This document shows, in pieces, positions 38,185 through 47,650 of a stretch of DNA of 64,000 bases (position 1 is the stretch's first letter; each line of letters begins with the position of its first letter). Source of the stretch: a virus; IMG/VR virus record IMGVR_UViG_3300020469_000011, positions 82,511 through 146,510 of that record; one strand, 5' to 3'. Under the pieces are notes generated by a model. That model was given only the letters and a program-made list of their open reading frames with translations. It was not told the DNA's origin and made no database searches. The position numbers and the translations under genes are program-made.

Positions 38185-39408
38185 ATGGAAATTAAAATTT
38201 ATTCAAAAAATAATTGTTCTTATTGTAAAAAAGCTAAAGAGTGGTTTGACACAAACCAAATGGAATATGAAGAAATTGTGCTTGATGACCATAAAGAACG
38301 TATGGATTTTTATCAACGTGTTTCAAATGGAAAAGAAGTAAATAGTGTTCCACAAATTTTTATAGATGAAAAACATATTGGAACTTATACTGATTTATTA
38401 AAACAAGAAGCATTAATATTAAAAAAAGCATTTGGAGGACTCGAAGTCTCTTCAATTACATATAAACCTTTTCGTTATGAATGGGCAGTTGAGATGGCTC
38501 AGAATCATGAAAAAATTCATTGGATTCCAGAAGAGGCTTCTCTTGAAGATGATGTTCATGATTGGAAATCTGGTAAATTATCTCAAGGTGAAAAAGATTT
38601 TATTCGTAGTGTACTCACATTGTTTGTTCAATCTGATGTAAATGTTGGTGAAAACTATATTAACTATTATTTAAAGATTTTTAAGAACAATGAAATTCGT
38701 AAAATGTTATCATCATTTGCTGCTAGAGAATTCATACATCAAGAAGCATATGCACTATTTAATGACACAATTGGATTTCCAGAATCAGAATATTCTGTAT
38801 TTTTAGAAATAGAGGAAATGAGAGAGAAACATGATTTTATGTTAGACATTGATGTAAGTACAAAAGAAGGCACAGGACTAGCAATTGCTAGGTCTGTTAT
38901 TAATGAAGGACTAGTTTTGTTTAGTTCTTTTGCAATGCTTTTAAATCTCCAAAGATTTGGTAAACTAAAAGGTTTTGGTAAAATCAATGAATGGTCAGTG
39001 CGTGATGAAAATCTCCATGCACAAGGAATGGCAAAATTATTCAGAACATATTGTAGTGAAAATCCACGTATTGTTAATGATGGGTTTAAAAAGAAAATTT
39101 ATAGTATGATTCGTAAAGCAGTGGAACTTGAAGATATGTTTATTGAACGTGCATTTGGATTTTCTAAAATGGAAGGACTAACTCAAGAAGAAATGAAGAT
39201 GTATATTCGTTATATGGCAGATAGACGTTTGATTCAATTAGGAATGAAAGGTAATTATAAGATTAAGGAAAATCCTTTGTCTTGGTTGGATCATATTTTA
39301 AATGCACCAGACCATACAAACTTCTTTGAGGGTAGAGTGACTGAATATACAGTTGCTGGTTTAACCGGTAAATTTAATTATGATTTTGTTGATGAGGTTG
39401 CAGCCTAA
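38185..39408 (+). CDS. nrdB: Glutaredoxin-fused ribonucleotide reductase beta subunit
   Basis: N-terminal Grx (CSYC, VPQIF); HW.PEE, E.IH..AY, EGL.LFSSF, RDE.LH, NFFE.RVTEY. Confidence 0.95.
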   Translation: MEIKIYSKNNCSYCKKAKEWFDTNQMEYEEIVLDDHKERMDFYQRVSNGKEVNSVPQIFIDEKHIGTYTDLLKQEALILKKAFGGLEVSSITYKPFRYEWAVEMAQNHEKIHWIPEEASLEDDVHDWKSGKLSQGEKDFIRSVLTLFVQSDVNVGENYINYYLKIFKNNEIRKMLSSFAAREFIHQEAYALFNDTIGFPESEYSVFLEIEEMREKHDFMLDIDVSTKEGTGLAIARSVINEGLVLFSSFAMLLNLQRFGKLKGFGKINEWSVRDENLHAQGMAKLFRTYCSENPRIVNDGFKKKIYSMIRKAVELEDMFIERAFGFSKMEGLTQEEMKMYIRYMADRRLIQLGMKGNYKIKENPLSWLDHILNAPDHTNFFEGRVTEYTVAGLTGKFNYDFVDEVAA

Positions 39409-39662
39409 CGAAAAAATCTATTTCTTTTAAGTGTTTTGAGCGGCTCACGATATATAGTTTTAGGAAAATAAGGATAGTGTTGATTTTGATAACGATTTCT
39501 TTGTGTTCTAGCCGCTCTCACATCACTCAGAGGAGAAGGTTTTTTATTAATCCTCTGAGTTTGTTTTATTATATTTTGAATACTTTCTTGCTCCTTTCTC
39601 AAATCTCCTTCCGACATACCTAATAAAATAAAAGAACTTAAAAGTATTAAAATATTTTTCAT
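39405..39662 (-). CDS. Hypothetical exported protein
   Basis: Signal-peptide-like MKNILILLSSFILLG; basic C-terminus. Confidence 0.5.
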   Translation of the reverse strand: MKNILILLSSFILLGMSEGDLRKEQESIQNIIKQTQRINKKPSPLSDVRAARTQRNRYQNQHYPYFPKTIYREPLKTLKRNRFFR

Positions 39663-39663
39663 T

Positions 39664-40497
39664 TTAGGCATCAAGTATAATATTACATTTTTCTAACGCA
39701 CTAATCATTCTTGTCATTCCAATTCCCCCACCAACTCTAGGAAAAAAATCAAAAGACAAGAATTTTTCTAATTCAGCTTCTACTCTATCTTTTCCAAATA
39801 AGTTATAAAGCAATTGACTATACTCACCATTTGTTATAGTATGAAAAGTATCACGCATTTGATCTACATTTGTTGACCTCTCTGCTGAACCAATTGTCTC
39901 CATTCCTCCAAGAATAACGTCAATCTTTTTACTATGCACTCCATCTTCATGTCTACTCATATTCCAAAATGGACTTGTAAATTCTGGAAAATCTGTAATC
40001 ATACAAGTACCAAAATTGTTAAACATTGACTCTTCATGACTTGCATCAAGCTCACTATCAACAGCAAAATGTTCCTGCCATTCTACATATGTTCTTTCAG
40101 TTATATCATCAAATCCTAGATAATTACAAAGTTGATATTCCATCTCACTTAAATTTTCAATTGTTCCTGGAAACTCAAATTCAAACATAGGGAAAATTAT
40201 ATCATGTCTTCCTGGTATTGCATTTGGTTCTTGTCTATAACTAGTGCTGATACAAAAAAACCCTTCAGAAGAAGGGCTTTTTAATAATTCATGTTCTAAC
40301 CACATCTGACCTGTTTGAGGTAAAGGCCATACCTCTCCTGCGTAATTATAAGTAGCAACATTGAACGGGTCTTCACATGCTGCTAGAATACTCAAACGAT
40401 TTTGAGTGTGAACTTCTGCGAAACCTCTATCTAAAAAAAAAGATCGTAAAGAATTTACGGTGCTTGTATATTTGCGAGGATCAATTAGTTGGGTCAT
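39664..40497 (-). CDS. Class IIb aminoacyl-tRNA synthetase catalytic-domain-only protein (Asn/Asp/Lys family)
   Basis: LPQTGQM.LE; motif 2 SYRQE....GRH...FPMFEFE; ETIGSAER; motif 3 PR.GGGIGM.R; no anticodon-binding OB domain; AGGAG before the ATG at 40497. Confidence 0.8.
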   Translation of the reverse strand: MTQLIDPRKYTSTVNSLRSFFLDRGFAEVHTQNRLSILAACEDPFNVATYNYAGEVWPLPQTGQMWLEHELLKSPSSEGFFCISTSYRQEPNAIPGRHDIIFPMFEFEFPGTIENLSEMEYQLCNYLGFDDITERTYVEWQEHFAVDSELDASHEESMFNNFGTCMITDFPEFTSPFWNMSRHEDGVHSKKIDVILGGMETIGSAERSTNVDQMRDTFHTITNGEYSQLLYNLFGKDRVEAELEKFLSFDFFPRVGGGIGMTRMISALEKCNIILDA

Positions 40498-40507
40498 TTT
40501 TCTCCTT

Positions 40508-40738
40508 TCATTTTTTGTCAATTAATTTTTCAACTTCTAATTTTTCTAAATCCCATTGTATATCTTCTAATATCACATCAAGCATTCTAAAGTTTTCTTT
40601 TGCTTCAGAAATGGCTGCTCCTAATATTTCTTTAGTTTCACCATCTTCCATTTGATTATAAATTTTTATAGCAAGACGAAAAACTTTGGGGGCTTCAGTC
40701 AATTCTTTCAAAATAAAATCAAACTCTGTATTACTCAT
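40508..40738 (-). CDS. Hypothetical helical protein
   Basis: 76 aa ORF in the operon. Confidence 0.55.
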   Translation of the reverse strand: MSNTEFDFILKELTEAPKVFRLAIKIYNQMEDGETKEILGAAISEAKENFRMLDVILEDIQWDLEKLEVEKLIDKK

Positions 40739-40747
40739 ACGTTTTTA

Positions 40748-40852
40748 TTAAATCTCACGAAAGTATAGTAAATATATTATGAATCCCAAAGCATAAGCTA
40801 AAGAACCATATGTAAATATCATGGATAAAATTTTACGTGTATTTTCTTTCAT
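40748..40852 (-). CDS. 34-aa transmembrane peptide (not in the ORF track)
   Basis: MKENTRKILSMIFTYGSLAYALGFIIYLLYFREI. Confidence 0.4.
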   Translation of the reverse strand: MKENTRKILSMIFTYGSLAYALGFIIYLLYFREI

Positions 40853-41003
40853 TATTAATTTTTTGCTGAATCAATTCTTGTTTAATATTATTTTTAATCC
40901 ATTGAGGTAGTTCACTATATCTATATTCTGTCATACCAATTTTCATATTTGGGTCAATGTAAATTTCTTCTTCTGGTTCTGTTATTGGTTGTGCTTTATC
41001 CAT
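40833..41003 (-). CDS. 56-aa hypothetical protein (not in the ORF track)
   Basis: MDKAQPITEPEEEIYIDPNMKIG...; AAGGT upstream; fills the gap in the operon. Confidence 0.5.
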   Translation of the reverse strand: MDKAQPITEPEEEIYIDPNMKIGMTEYRYSELPQWIKNNIKQELIQQKINNERKYT

Positions 41004-41010
41004 AAATACC

Positions 41011-41601
41011 TTATTTCACCCTCAATGTAAATTCAATAGGGTCTAATTTAATAATATTTAAACTCTCATTTACAAATCCATGTAACTTAGTTTTATATAA
41101 TAATGTGATATCTGATGTATTATCAACATTAACCTTTGCTCCATCTAAAGTCATATCAGATTTTACAAGAGAGTAATTAAAGAATCCACTTGATGCTTTA
41201 GTAAAGTTATCTAATCCTGGTGTAATTCCAGTTTGATTAACAACAACCATATCAGAAGTACCTTCAATATATAGAGTGAGTACTGGTAAAGTTCCTAATG
41301 TCCAATTAGCAAGTGATAAATTTTGTGAAGTGCCACCATACAGTGCCATAACATATGTACTATTTTCTGAAGATTTTGGTGTTAGTGACGTAGTAGAATT
41401 TGAACTACTTTTATCATTTGTTGTGGTAGTAGTAGTGGTAGTGGTTACTGTATGATTGTCTTTAATAATTTCTTTATGACTAGTTACAGTATGATTATCT
41501 TTGAGAGTGATTGTAGATTCTAACTTATTTTCTGGTAAAGCATCTCTACATGATGCTGCTAATAATGCTAATGCTATAATAGTGATAGCCTTTTTAAACA
41601 T
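41011..41601 (-). CDS. Lipoprotein rich in N-x-S/T sequons
   Basis: MFKKAITIIALALLAASC lipobox; SD AGGAG; KDNHTVT repeated twice; poly-Thr tract. Confidence 0.75.
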   Translation of the reverse strand: MFKKAITIIALALLAASCRDALPENKLESTITLKDNHTVTSHKEIIKDNHTVTTTTTTTTTNDKSSSNSTTSLTPKSSENSTYVMALYGGTSQNLSLANWTLGTLPVLTLYIEGTSDMVVVNQTGITPGLDNFTKASSGFFNYSLVKSDMTLDGAKVNVDNTSDITLLYKTKLHGFVNESLNIIKLDPIEFTLRVK

Positions 41602-41602
41602 T

Positions 41603-42601
41603 CTACTCCTTTTTAATTTTATCAATATATTTTTTAACTATATTTGGTTTCATTTGATGTTCTTTCTCATCAATTATCTGAACATTAAGACCTTTAACAA
41701 TTTCTCTGAATTCAGAATTCGTTACCTTTGCGTTTTCTAATGCTTCTTCAATATAATAAACTTGTAATATTTTAAAGTTAGATAAAACTATTTCATCATA
41801 GTCTAAATATTTGGAACCTGATGTCCATTTTTTACTCTGCATATTTGGCCAGCGCATAATAAGTTCATTAAAAACTTTGCGATATTCTTTTTTACTTTTA
41901 ATAATCCTTTCAGTTCCAGCAACATATTGTCTTATATATTTCTGTTTAACATCGCCTGAAATATCATAAGGAGTATAATCATTTTCTTTATCTCCATATT
42001 CATCACGAAGTTTTTTGAGTAAATTTTGTTTAAATATAACTAGTTTTTGAAGTAAAAGTTTGTATTGATAAAATTTCATTTCTTTTTCGGCAGATGTCAT
42101 TTTATTTTTTTTTGATTTCCCATCTAAAAAGAATTCGATATATGATGATGACATAATTGAACTATCACTATCTCCACTTATATCAATAACTCTCACTCCT
42201 TTTTTATCTGGCTTGCTCATGATGTCGCCAGCTTGACCCATTAGTGCAGTTCCTTCTAAAATAGTAATAACACCACCCCCATCATCCCAAATTCCATACA
42301 ACATTGTTCCAATATTATCAACAGTAAAAGCTGAAATTTGTTTTGTTCTTTTATTTTGAAGTTTTTTAAGTTTATCTAAACCTTTTACTCCAGAGGAATG
42401 TGCAGCTATTAAACGCACTGGTGTTGAAACTCTTTCTATAAATTTTTGATCAAGAATAAGATGAAAACTTTTATCTTTTTCATCTTGAAATATATATTCT
42501 TTGTCATCAGCCAGCAATCCATCTGCTTCCATGAATATATGGTCAAATAAAGACCGCTGCCATTGAACCTCTTCGTTTACTACTTCTTTAAATGACTTCA
42601 T
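41603..42601 (-). CDS. Capsid-targeted protein, possibly ADP-ribosyltransferase-like
   Basis: Leader MKSFKEVVNE; AAHSS...QISAFT...YDEIVL order resembles the ART H/S/E triad. Confidence 0.45.
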   Translation of the reverse strand: MKSFKEVVNEEVQWQRSLFDHIFMEADGLLADDKEYIFQDEKDKSFHLILDQKFIERVSTPVRLIAAHSSGVKGLDKLKKLQNKRTKQISAFTVDNIGTMLYGIWDDGGGVITILEGTALMGQAGDIMSKPDKKGVRVIDISGDSDSSIMSSSYIEFFLDGKSKKNKMTSAEKEMKFYQYKLLLQKLVIFKQNLLKKLRDEYGDKENDYTPYDISGDVKQKYIRQYVAGTERIIKSKKEYRKVFNELIMRWPNMQSKKWTSGSKYLDYDEIVLSNFKILQVYYIEEALENAKVTNSEFREIVKGLNVQIIDEKEHQMKPNIVKKYIDKIKKE

Positions 42602-44208
42602 TTATTTTTTAGTTGAATTTTTTCTGCATCAGAAAGTTGATTGTTTTTATCTAATACACTTACAAGTGCGTTTGATACCTTTGCTGAGAGTCTATTTGTA
42701 TGAACAAGATCAAGTATACGGTTCTTTAACATTCTTATAGCTCTATCATCTCTCAAACTCTGAAGAGTTTTTGAACCTTTTGACTTAGTTTCACCTGTGA
42801 ATACTTTATCAAAGATTGCTGGAAAAGCCTCTTGAACTTCTGCAGGTATCTTATATTGTTTCTTTGACTCAATAGGTATATCATAATTTGTTAACATGTG
42901 AACATTGATTGGCTCATCTTTAATCACATCAATAATAGTTTTTGAACTTGGATTTAAATGAAGAATTGCTGAAAGATTTTGCGGTCTTCTTTGAACTAAG
43001 TTGTTCAAGTCCTCTTGAGAAAATTTGATTTCAGAATGATTGATTAAAAAATCACGAACTTCTTTTGGACTGATATTTCTGGCAAGAGAAAGCATGAGTG
43101 ATTTATGGTCAACATCAATCATTTGGTCATAATAGTCTAAGTCTTTGTCCAATATTTCTTTTTCAACAATCGGTGGTAACTTTTGTGTCATCTTCTTCTT
43201 GTCAAGTAATGTCTTCTTATCCTTATCTTTTTTTGTCAGTATACGAACAAGGTCAGGATATTTTTCACGGGGTATCTCACTGATGTTCTTACCTCTGCGA
43301 ATATGAGTTTCTAACTCACCTTCTCTCTTTGCAAATTTTGTTGAACTATGTTTCTTATTATATTCTACATCTTTATTCGGAATAATTTTAACAACCTTAT
43401 AACCTTTGCGACTAAAAAACACGGCTTGTCTTGGTTCATTTTCATGAACTACACCTAATCCAGGATCTTCAACAAGGTCATAATAGAATTGCTTACCTGG
43501 TGCTCGACGAAGAATTGTTGCCCATAAAGTAGGCTTTGGTACATATTTCTTGATTACTGGATAAGATTCTTCTTCAGTTTTTTCAAACAGTTCAGACAAT
43601 TCATCCCAACTTTTCGTAACTAAAAATCCGGACATTCGTGTAACATTCCATAATTGACTTGCGACACGGCGAGTTGTTGCATTTTTTCTTGCATATTTTT
43701 CAATAGCACTAAAGTAACTTCTTGCCAATACTGAATCAAATTGCTTACCATGTTTCTTTTTCATTAAGTCAACAATATCGTGCCTTAGTTTAGGTAGGTC
43801 TGAATTTAAGTCACTTGTTTTATATGCAGCAACATTCAAAGTTTTACATTCTGGTGTTTTTTGAATCAAAGCGATCCAAGGTTTTTCTCCCGCAAATGGC
43901 ACACGAAAAACTTGCTCACCAGATTCTGAAGGTGGGGGGTACTCTTTATACATGTCTAACAAACTATATGTGTAGATGCCCCATGGCGTCATGTATTTTG
44001 ATTTGGTGTTCAAAAGAACTACAGGTGAATCTGACCTTTCATCATCTTTTTCTTTCTTTGTGTTCGTTTCGAAGTTTTTAGGATCTGTAATAAAAGTTGC
44101 ATAGTATCCAGGCTTATTGTATTTCTCAAGAGCATAATATGGTGCTTGTTTTGGATTCTGCTTTGGATTTTTTCTTGCTTCTGTGATAAACGAATGAAAA
44201 GATTTCAT
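42598..44208 (-). CDS. Capsid-targeted protein of unknown function
   Basis: Leader MKSFHSFITEA; TP.GIY.Y, PFAG, D.G.GVVH.NEP.QAVF motifs. Confidence 0.6.
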   Translation of the reverse strand: MKSFHSFITEARKNPKQNPKQAPYYALEKYNKPGYYATFITDPKNFETNTKKEKDDERSDSPVVLLNTKSKYMTPWGIYTYSLLDMYKEYPPPSESGEQVFRVPFAGEKPWIALIQKTPECKTLNVAAYKTSDLNSDLPKLRHDIVDLMKKKHGKQFDSVLARSYFSAIEKYARKNATTRRVASQLWNVTRMSGFLVTKSWDELSELFEKTEEESYPVIKKYVPKPTLWATILRRAPGKQFYYDLVEDPGLGVVHENEPRQAVFFSRKGYKVVKIIPNKDVEYNKKHSSTKFAKREGELETHIRRGKNISEIPREKYPDLVRILTKKDKDKKTLLDKKKMTQKLPPIVEKEILDKDLDYYDQMIDVDHKSLMLSLARNISPKEVRDFLINHSEIKFSQEDLNNLVQRRPQNLSAILHLNPSSKTIIDVIKDEPINVHMLTNYDIPIESKKQYKIPAEVQEAFPAIFDKVFTGETKSKGSKTLQSLRDDRAIRMLKNRILDLVHTNRLSAKVSNALVSVLDKNNQLSDAEKIQLKNK

Positions 44209-44520
44209 TTATTTTCTTGACATGTAGGCTTGAGCGCCAAAATAGAAACCAACTATTGATGCTTGAGCTAAGTAAAATAAACCTAGTAGGTCTGCAAGTG
44301 CAGAAACTCTACTATCTTTTAGAATAGGTGTAAATAAAACAATTGTAAATAAAACCATACTGATGATAGAAATCCAAGACATTCTTTTTTGAGCTTCAGC
44401 TTTTTCTTCTCTTAACTCTAATTCTAAAATTTTAGTTGTTCTTTCAATCTCTTCATCTGTAATAGTACCATCAGAATTCAAATCATATTTCTTTAAATAT
44501 TCTTGAATTTTTTCAGTCAT
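44209..44520 (-). CDS. EF-hand-like plus two-transmembrane protein (holin-like)
   Basis: YDLNSDGTITDEE; two hydrophobic helices ending IVGFYFG; late-type GATAAATA at 44577-44570 supports the 44520 start, though the ORF extends to 44676. Confidence 0.55.
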   Translation of the reverse strand: MTEKIQEYLKKYDLNSDGTITDEEIERTTKILELELREEKAEAQKRMSWISIISMVLFTIVLFTPILKDSRVSALADLLGLFYLAQASIVGFYFGAQAYMSRK

Positions 44521-44683
44521 CGGCTTCTTTTTAAAAAAGTTGAATCGCCAAATCATCATCATCTTACCGTATTTATCAACTTGTTTATTTTTATCTTGAC
44601 TGTTCTCAAGCCTTTTTTTTCTTAATACTTCATGTTCTAAATGAGTTTTATAAATTAAATCTCTGTAGTCGGACATAACAATC

Positions 44684-45553
44684 TCATAATTTATCTAAAA
44701 TTTTAGTAGCAATAGTTTCAGGTAAATAAGACTCTGGAAATTTTTCAAAAATTGGGACCGTACACATTTTGATAATACGATCTTTATCTTCTAGTATTTC
44801 ATTCATTTCATTTTCTATCTCTTCAAATGTTTTATTATGAGCGTTTATAAAAGTATTTGAATCAAAATATTTTAAAGCATCTTTTCCTCCCCAATAAATC
44901 GGTATACTTGTTGATAATAATGGATGTAAGAGTTTTTCTGTCATATAAACATCATCATATGCGTTTTCAAATGCAATAGTAAATAAAAAATCTTTTATGT
45001 AATTTAACTTATCTTCTTTTGTATTTCCTATACTATGTCCTATATTATTTGCAAATCTTCCAGCAGAGTGTACAAATCGTTTTTCAGAAAGAAATTTAAA
45101 AAAATCTGTTCTTGGTGAATATCCAACAGCAGGATTTCCAAAAATAAAATTACAATATTTATTTTTGTTATAAAATTTTCTTTTCTCTGTAGTTACTTTA
45201 TAATGATAAGGATCTTCTATATTTGTAAAATTGAGATATGCTAACCATAAAGGGCATTGGATATTTGTTTCTGATTCCTCATCATAAGAAATTGAGAAGT
45301 CACAAGGGTAGTCTTTTATTTCTACTTTAATCCAAGGATTAGTACCAATCAAAAATTTTTCACTAGCATAAAATATTTTTTTACATTTATCATATCTTGA
45401 AATTACGTTTTTTGGATTTCCAAAAACTCCATATATTAATAGATCTGGATTATGTGGAGTAATTTCAATTTTTGTTTTTAATCTTAAAATATCATTAAAA
45501 TAACAAATATTTGGGTCAAATCCTCCCCAAAAATTCTCATACCATATTTTCAT
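44684..45553 (-). CDS. GT10 alpha-1,3-fucosyltransferase-like protein
   Basis: F.IAFEN....YMTEKL......IPIYWG. Confidence 0.85.
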   Translation of the reverse strand: MKIWYENFWGGFDPNICYFNDILRLKTKIEITPHNPDLLIYGVFGNPKNVISRYDKCKKIFYASEKFLIGTNPWIKVEIKDYPCDFSISYDEESETNIQCPLWLAYLNFTNIEDPYHYKVTTEKRKFYNKNKYCNFIFGNPAVGYSPRTDFFKFLSEKRFVHSAGRFANNIGHSIGNTKEDKLNYIKDFLFTIAFENAYDDVYMTEKLLHPLLSTSIPIYWGGKDALKYFDSNTFINAHNKTFEEIENEMNEILEDKDRIIKMCTVPIFEKFPESYLPETIATKILDKL

Positions 45554-47016
45554 TACTTCTCTCGATTTGCATATTGAACACCAACACCATCTTTTGCAGT
45601 TTCTGGTATGGGATATCCATAATGTTGGTAATGAAAATTAAAATTTGTTCTATAGTTAACTGTTGGTTTTTGATAATGAGTTGTTAAAATTTTATTTTCT
45701 AAGATATGTTTATACAAGATTTTATCACCAAATATGTGTTGGTCATCTTGAATCATCCACCAGATACTACATAAAGATTTTGATGAGCGATGAATCATAA
45801 AGCAATTTGTATCAATAAATTCTTTAGGATCTATTTCAAAACAAATTCCCATTAATTCTCCATCTAAAGTGCAGATATTTCTTTGACATGTTGCAATGGG
45901 TCTAGATTGAGTTAAATTTGCAGACATCTTTTCAGCGTGATTTGGTTCTATCCAATTATCATCATCTAACCAAAAAACTGCATCTGCTCCTCTTTGAAAA
46001 GCAGAAACAGAACCTATGAATCTTGGTGTATCTCCATAATCACGATGTGCCTTTGGTAAATTTATAATTTCAATACCATTTAAATTAATCGCATATTCTT
46101 TAACTTTATCTAAACCTTTATTACCATCAAACACAAGAATATGTGTAACATCTACTGTTTGATTGCGAACAGATTCAATATTTTTTTCAAGAAACTTAAT
46201 ATTCGGATCATACACCGGAGTAATACAATATATTTTCATTTTTGTTTTTAAATTATAAATTTTTCTAAAATCATCAAGACTTTCTCTTTTCATTGTCTTA
46301 TCACCAACTCTAATAAACTCTCCAATTCTCCAATAATCAGGATTGTTTACCATATGTGTAATAAGTTTTTGTTGACGGTCATACCAAGTTGTTTTTGTTG
46401 CTGAATCTATTTCTCTTGAATTTACTTTTTCATGTGGATGTGGATTATAAAAAGTATAGTCATCAATGACATAAAAAGGTAACATATCATTATTATAAGC
46501 CACGTTAGACAACATTAAATCAACACCATCAGAATATTCAAGGTCTAATTCAAACCATTTATCAATTAATAATTTAAGTAAATCTTTACGCACAAGAGTA
46601 AATCCCATCTCAAAAAAATTACACTCTCTTACTCCTTTACCTGTTGTTTCAAAAAATTTTGCAAAAAAACCATAGTCTTTACCATCTCTACTAAAAGTAC
46701 AAGCACTCCAATTATTTTTATTTGCTCTTTCAAAAGCTTCTTCTATTTCTTTTGGCTCTACAGTTAAATCACTGTCAACTAATAAAACGTATTCATAATC
46801 TTTAAATTGTTTATAATGATTTGCAAAGTTTGTAAAAATGGTTCCTTTACTTTTTGAAACATAAGACATTCCTAAATTGTTTATTTTTTTATATACTTTT
46901 TCATCATCTCCATAAAAGTTCATGGCTCGGTCATATACTGATGATTCATTTTCAGCCCAAGAGAGCCATTGATTTTCATGATCACCAGCACCGCTATAAA
47001 TCAAATATTTTTTCAT
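45553..47016 (-). CDS. Two-domain glycosyltransferase (GT-A plus GT2)
   Basis: N-domain LVDSDL; C-domain ITPVY, SV.NQT, LDDDNW..PNH, IDTNC. Confidence 0.75.
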   Translation of the reverse strand: MKKYLIYSGAGDHENQWLSWAENESSVYDRAMNFYGDDEKVYKKINNLGMSYVSKSKGTIFTNFANHYKQFKDYEYVLLVDSDLTVEPKEIEEAFERANKNNWSACTFSRDGKDYGFFAKFFETTGKGVRECNFFEMGFTLVRKDLLKLLIDKWFELDLEYSDGVDLMLSNVAYNNDMLPFYVIDDYTFYNPHPHEKVNSREIDSATKTTWYDRQQKLITHMVNNPDYWRIGEFIRVGDKTMKRESLDDFRKIYNLKTKMKIYCITPVYDPNIKFLEKNIESVRNQTVDVTHILVFDGNKGLDKVKEYAINLNGIEIINLPKAHRDYGDTPRFIGSVSAFQRGADAVFWLDDDNWIEPNHAEKMSANLTQSRPIATCQRNICTLDGELMGICFEIDPKEFIDTNCFMIHRSSKSLCSIWWMIQDDQHIFGDKILYKHILENKILTTHYQKPTVNYRTNFNFHYQHYGYPIPETAKDGVGVQYANREK

Positions 47017-47017
47017 A

Positions 47018-47650
47018 TTACCTCAATTCGGCATAAGCATAATTACAAAAACGATTTTCAATATCACTATGTCCTACTAATTGTTTACCTAATCTATCTG
47101 AAATAAACCACTTAGGGTCAGTTTGAAATTTTTGCCAGGCTATATCTATTGCATTTATATGATGCTCTTGATTAGTCATTAAATTATCAGCAGATTCTTT
47201 GATAGAAGGGATCATTTTTTCTAAGAATATTGGACTAGCTGCATAACAAGATGTTGTTTGTACTTTATAACATTTATGTATATATTTCAAATTTGTTTTA
47301 TGTACAGTGTCAGTAGTAACATATCCTAAATTACATATATTGTAATCTATTTTACTTAATAAATCAAAAACATTATTTACTGTTTCTTCATTTACAATAA
47401 ATTCAAAATCATCTTCTACTATTAAAATTTTATCATATTTTTCAAAGATTGATTCATTCCAAATTGCAAGATGTGAATAAGAACAACCTGCTGCTCTTTG
47501 TGTAATTGACGAATATTTTGTGTGATCAAAAGCAGAAAATCTTTTAACTTCTTTAACATATTTTTTAAAAATAGGTATTACATTAGACTCTATATGCTCT
47601 TTACGATCTAATCTTGAATCCAAATTTATATAATATAAACAATCAATCAT
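47018..47650 (-). CDS. GT25-like glycosyltransferase
   Basis: YYINLD.R.DR; GC..SH...W; LIVEDD; SDIE. Confidence 0.82.
   Translation of the reverse strand: MIDCLYYINLDSRLDRKEHIESNVIPIFKKYVKEVKRFSAFDHTKYSSITQRAAGCSYSHLAIWNESIFEKYDKILIVEDDFEFIVNEETVNNVFDLLSKIDYNICNLGYVTTDTVHKTNLKYIHKCYKVQTTSCYAASPIFLEKMIPSIKESADNLMTNQEHHINAIDIAWQKFQTDPKWFISDRLGKQLVGHSDIENRFCNYAYAELR

Noticed and set aside
24533-39408. Introns, inteins or homing endonucleases in gp43, gp41, nrdA or nrdB
   Set aside because: The ORFs are uninterrupted and of normal length with contiguous motifs.
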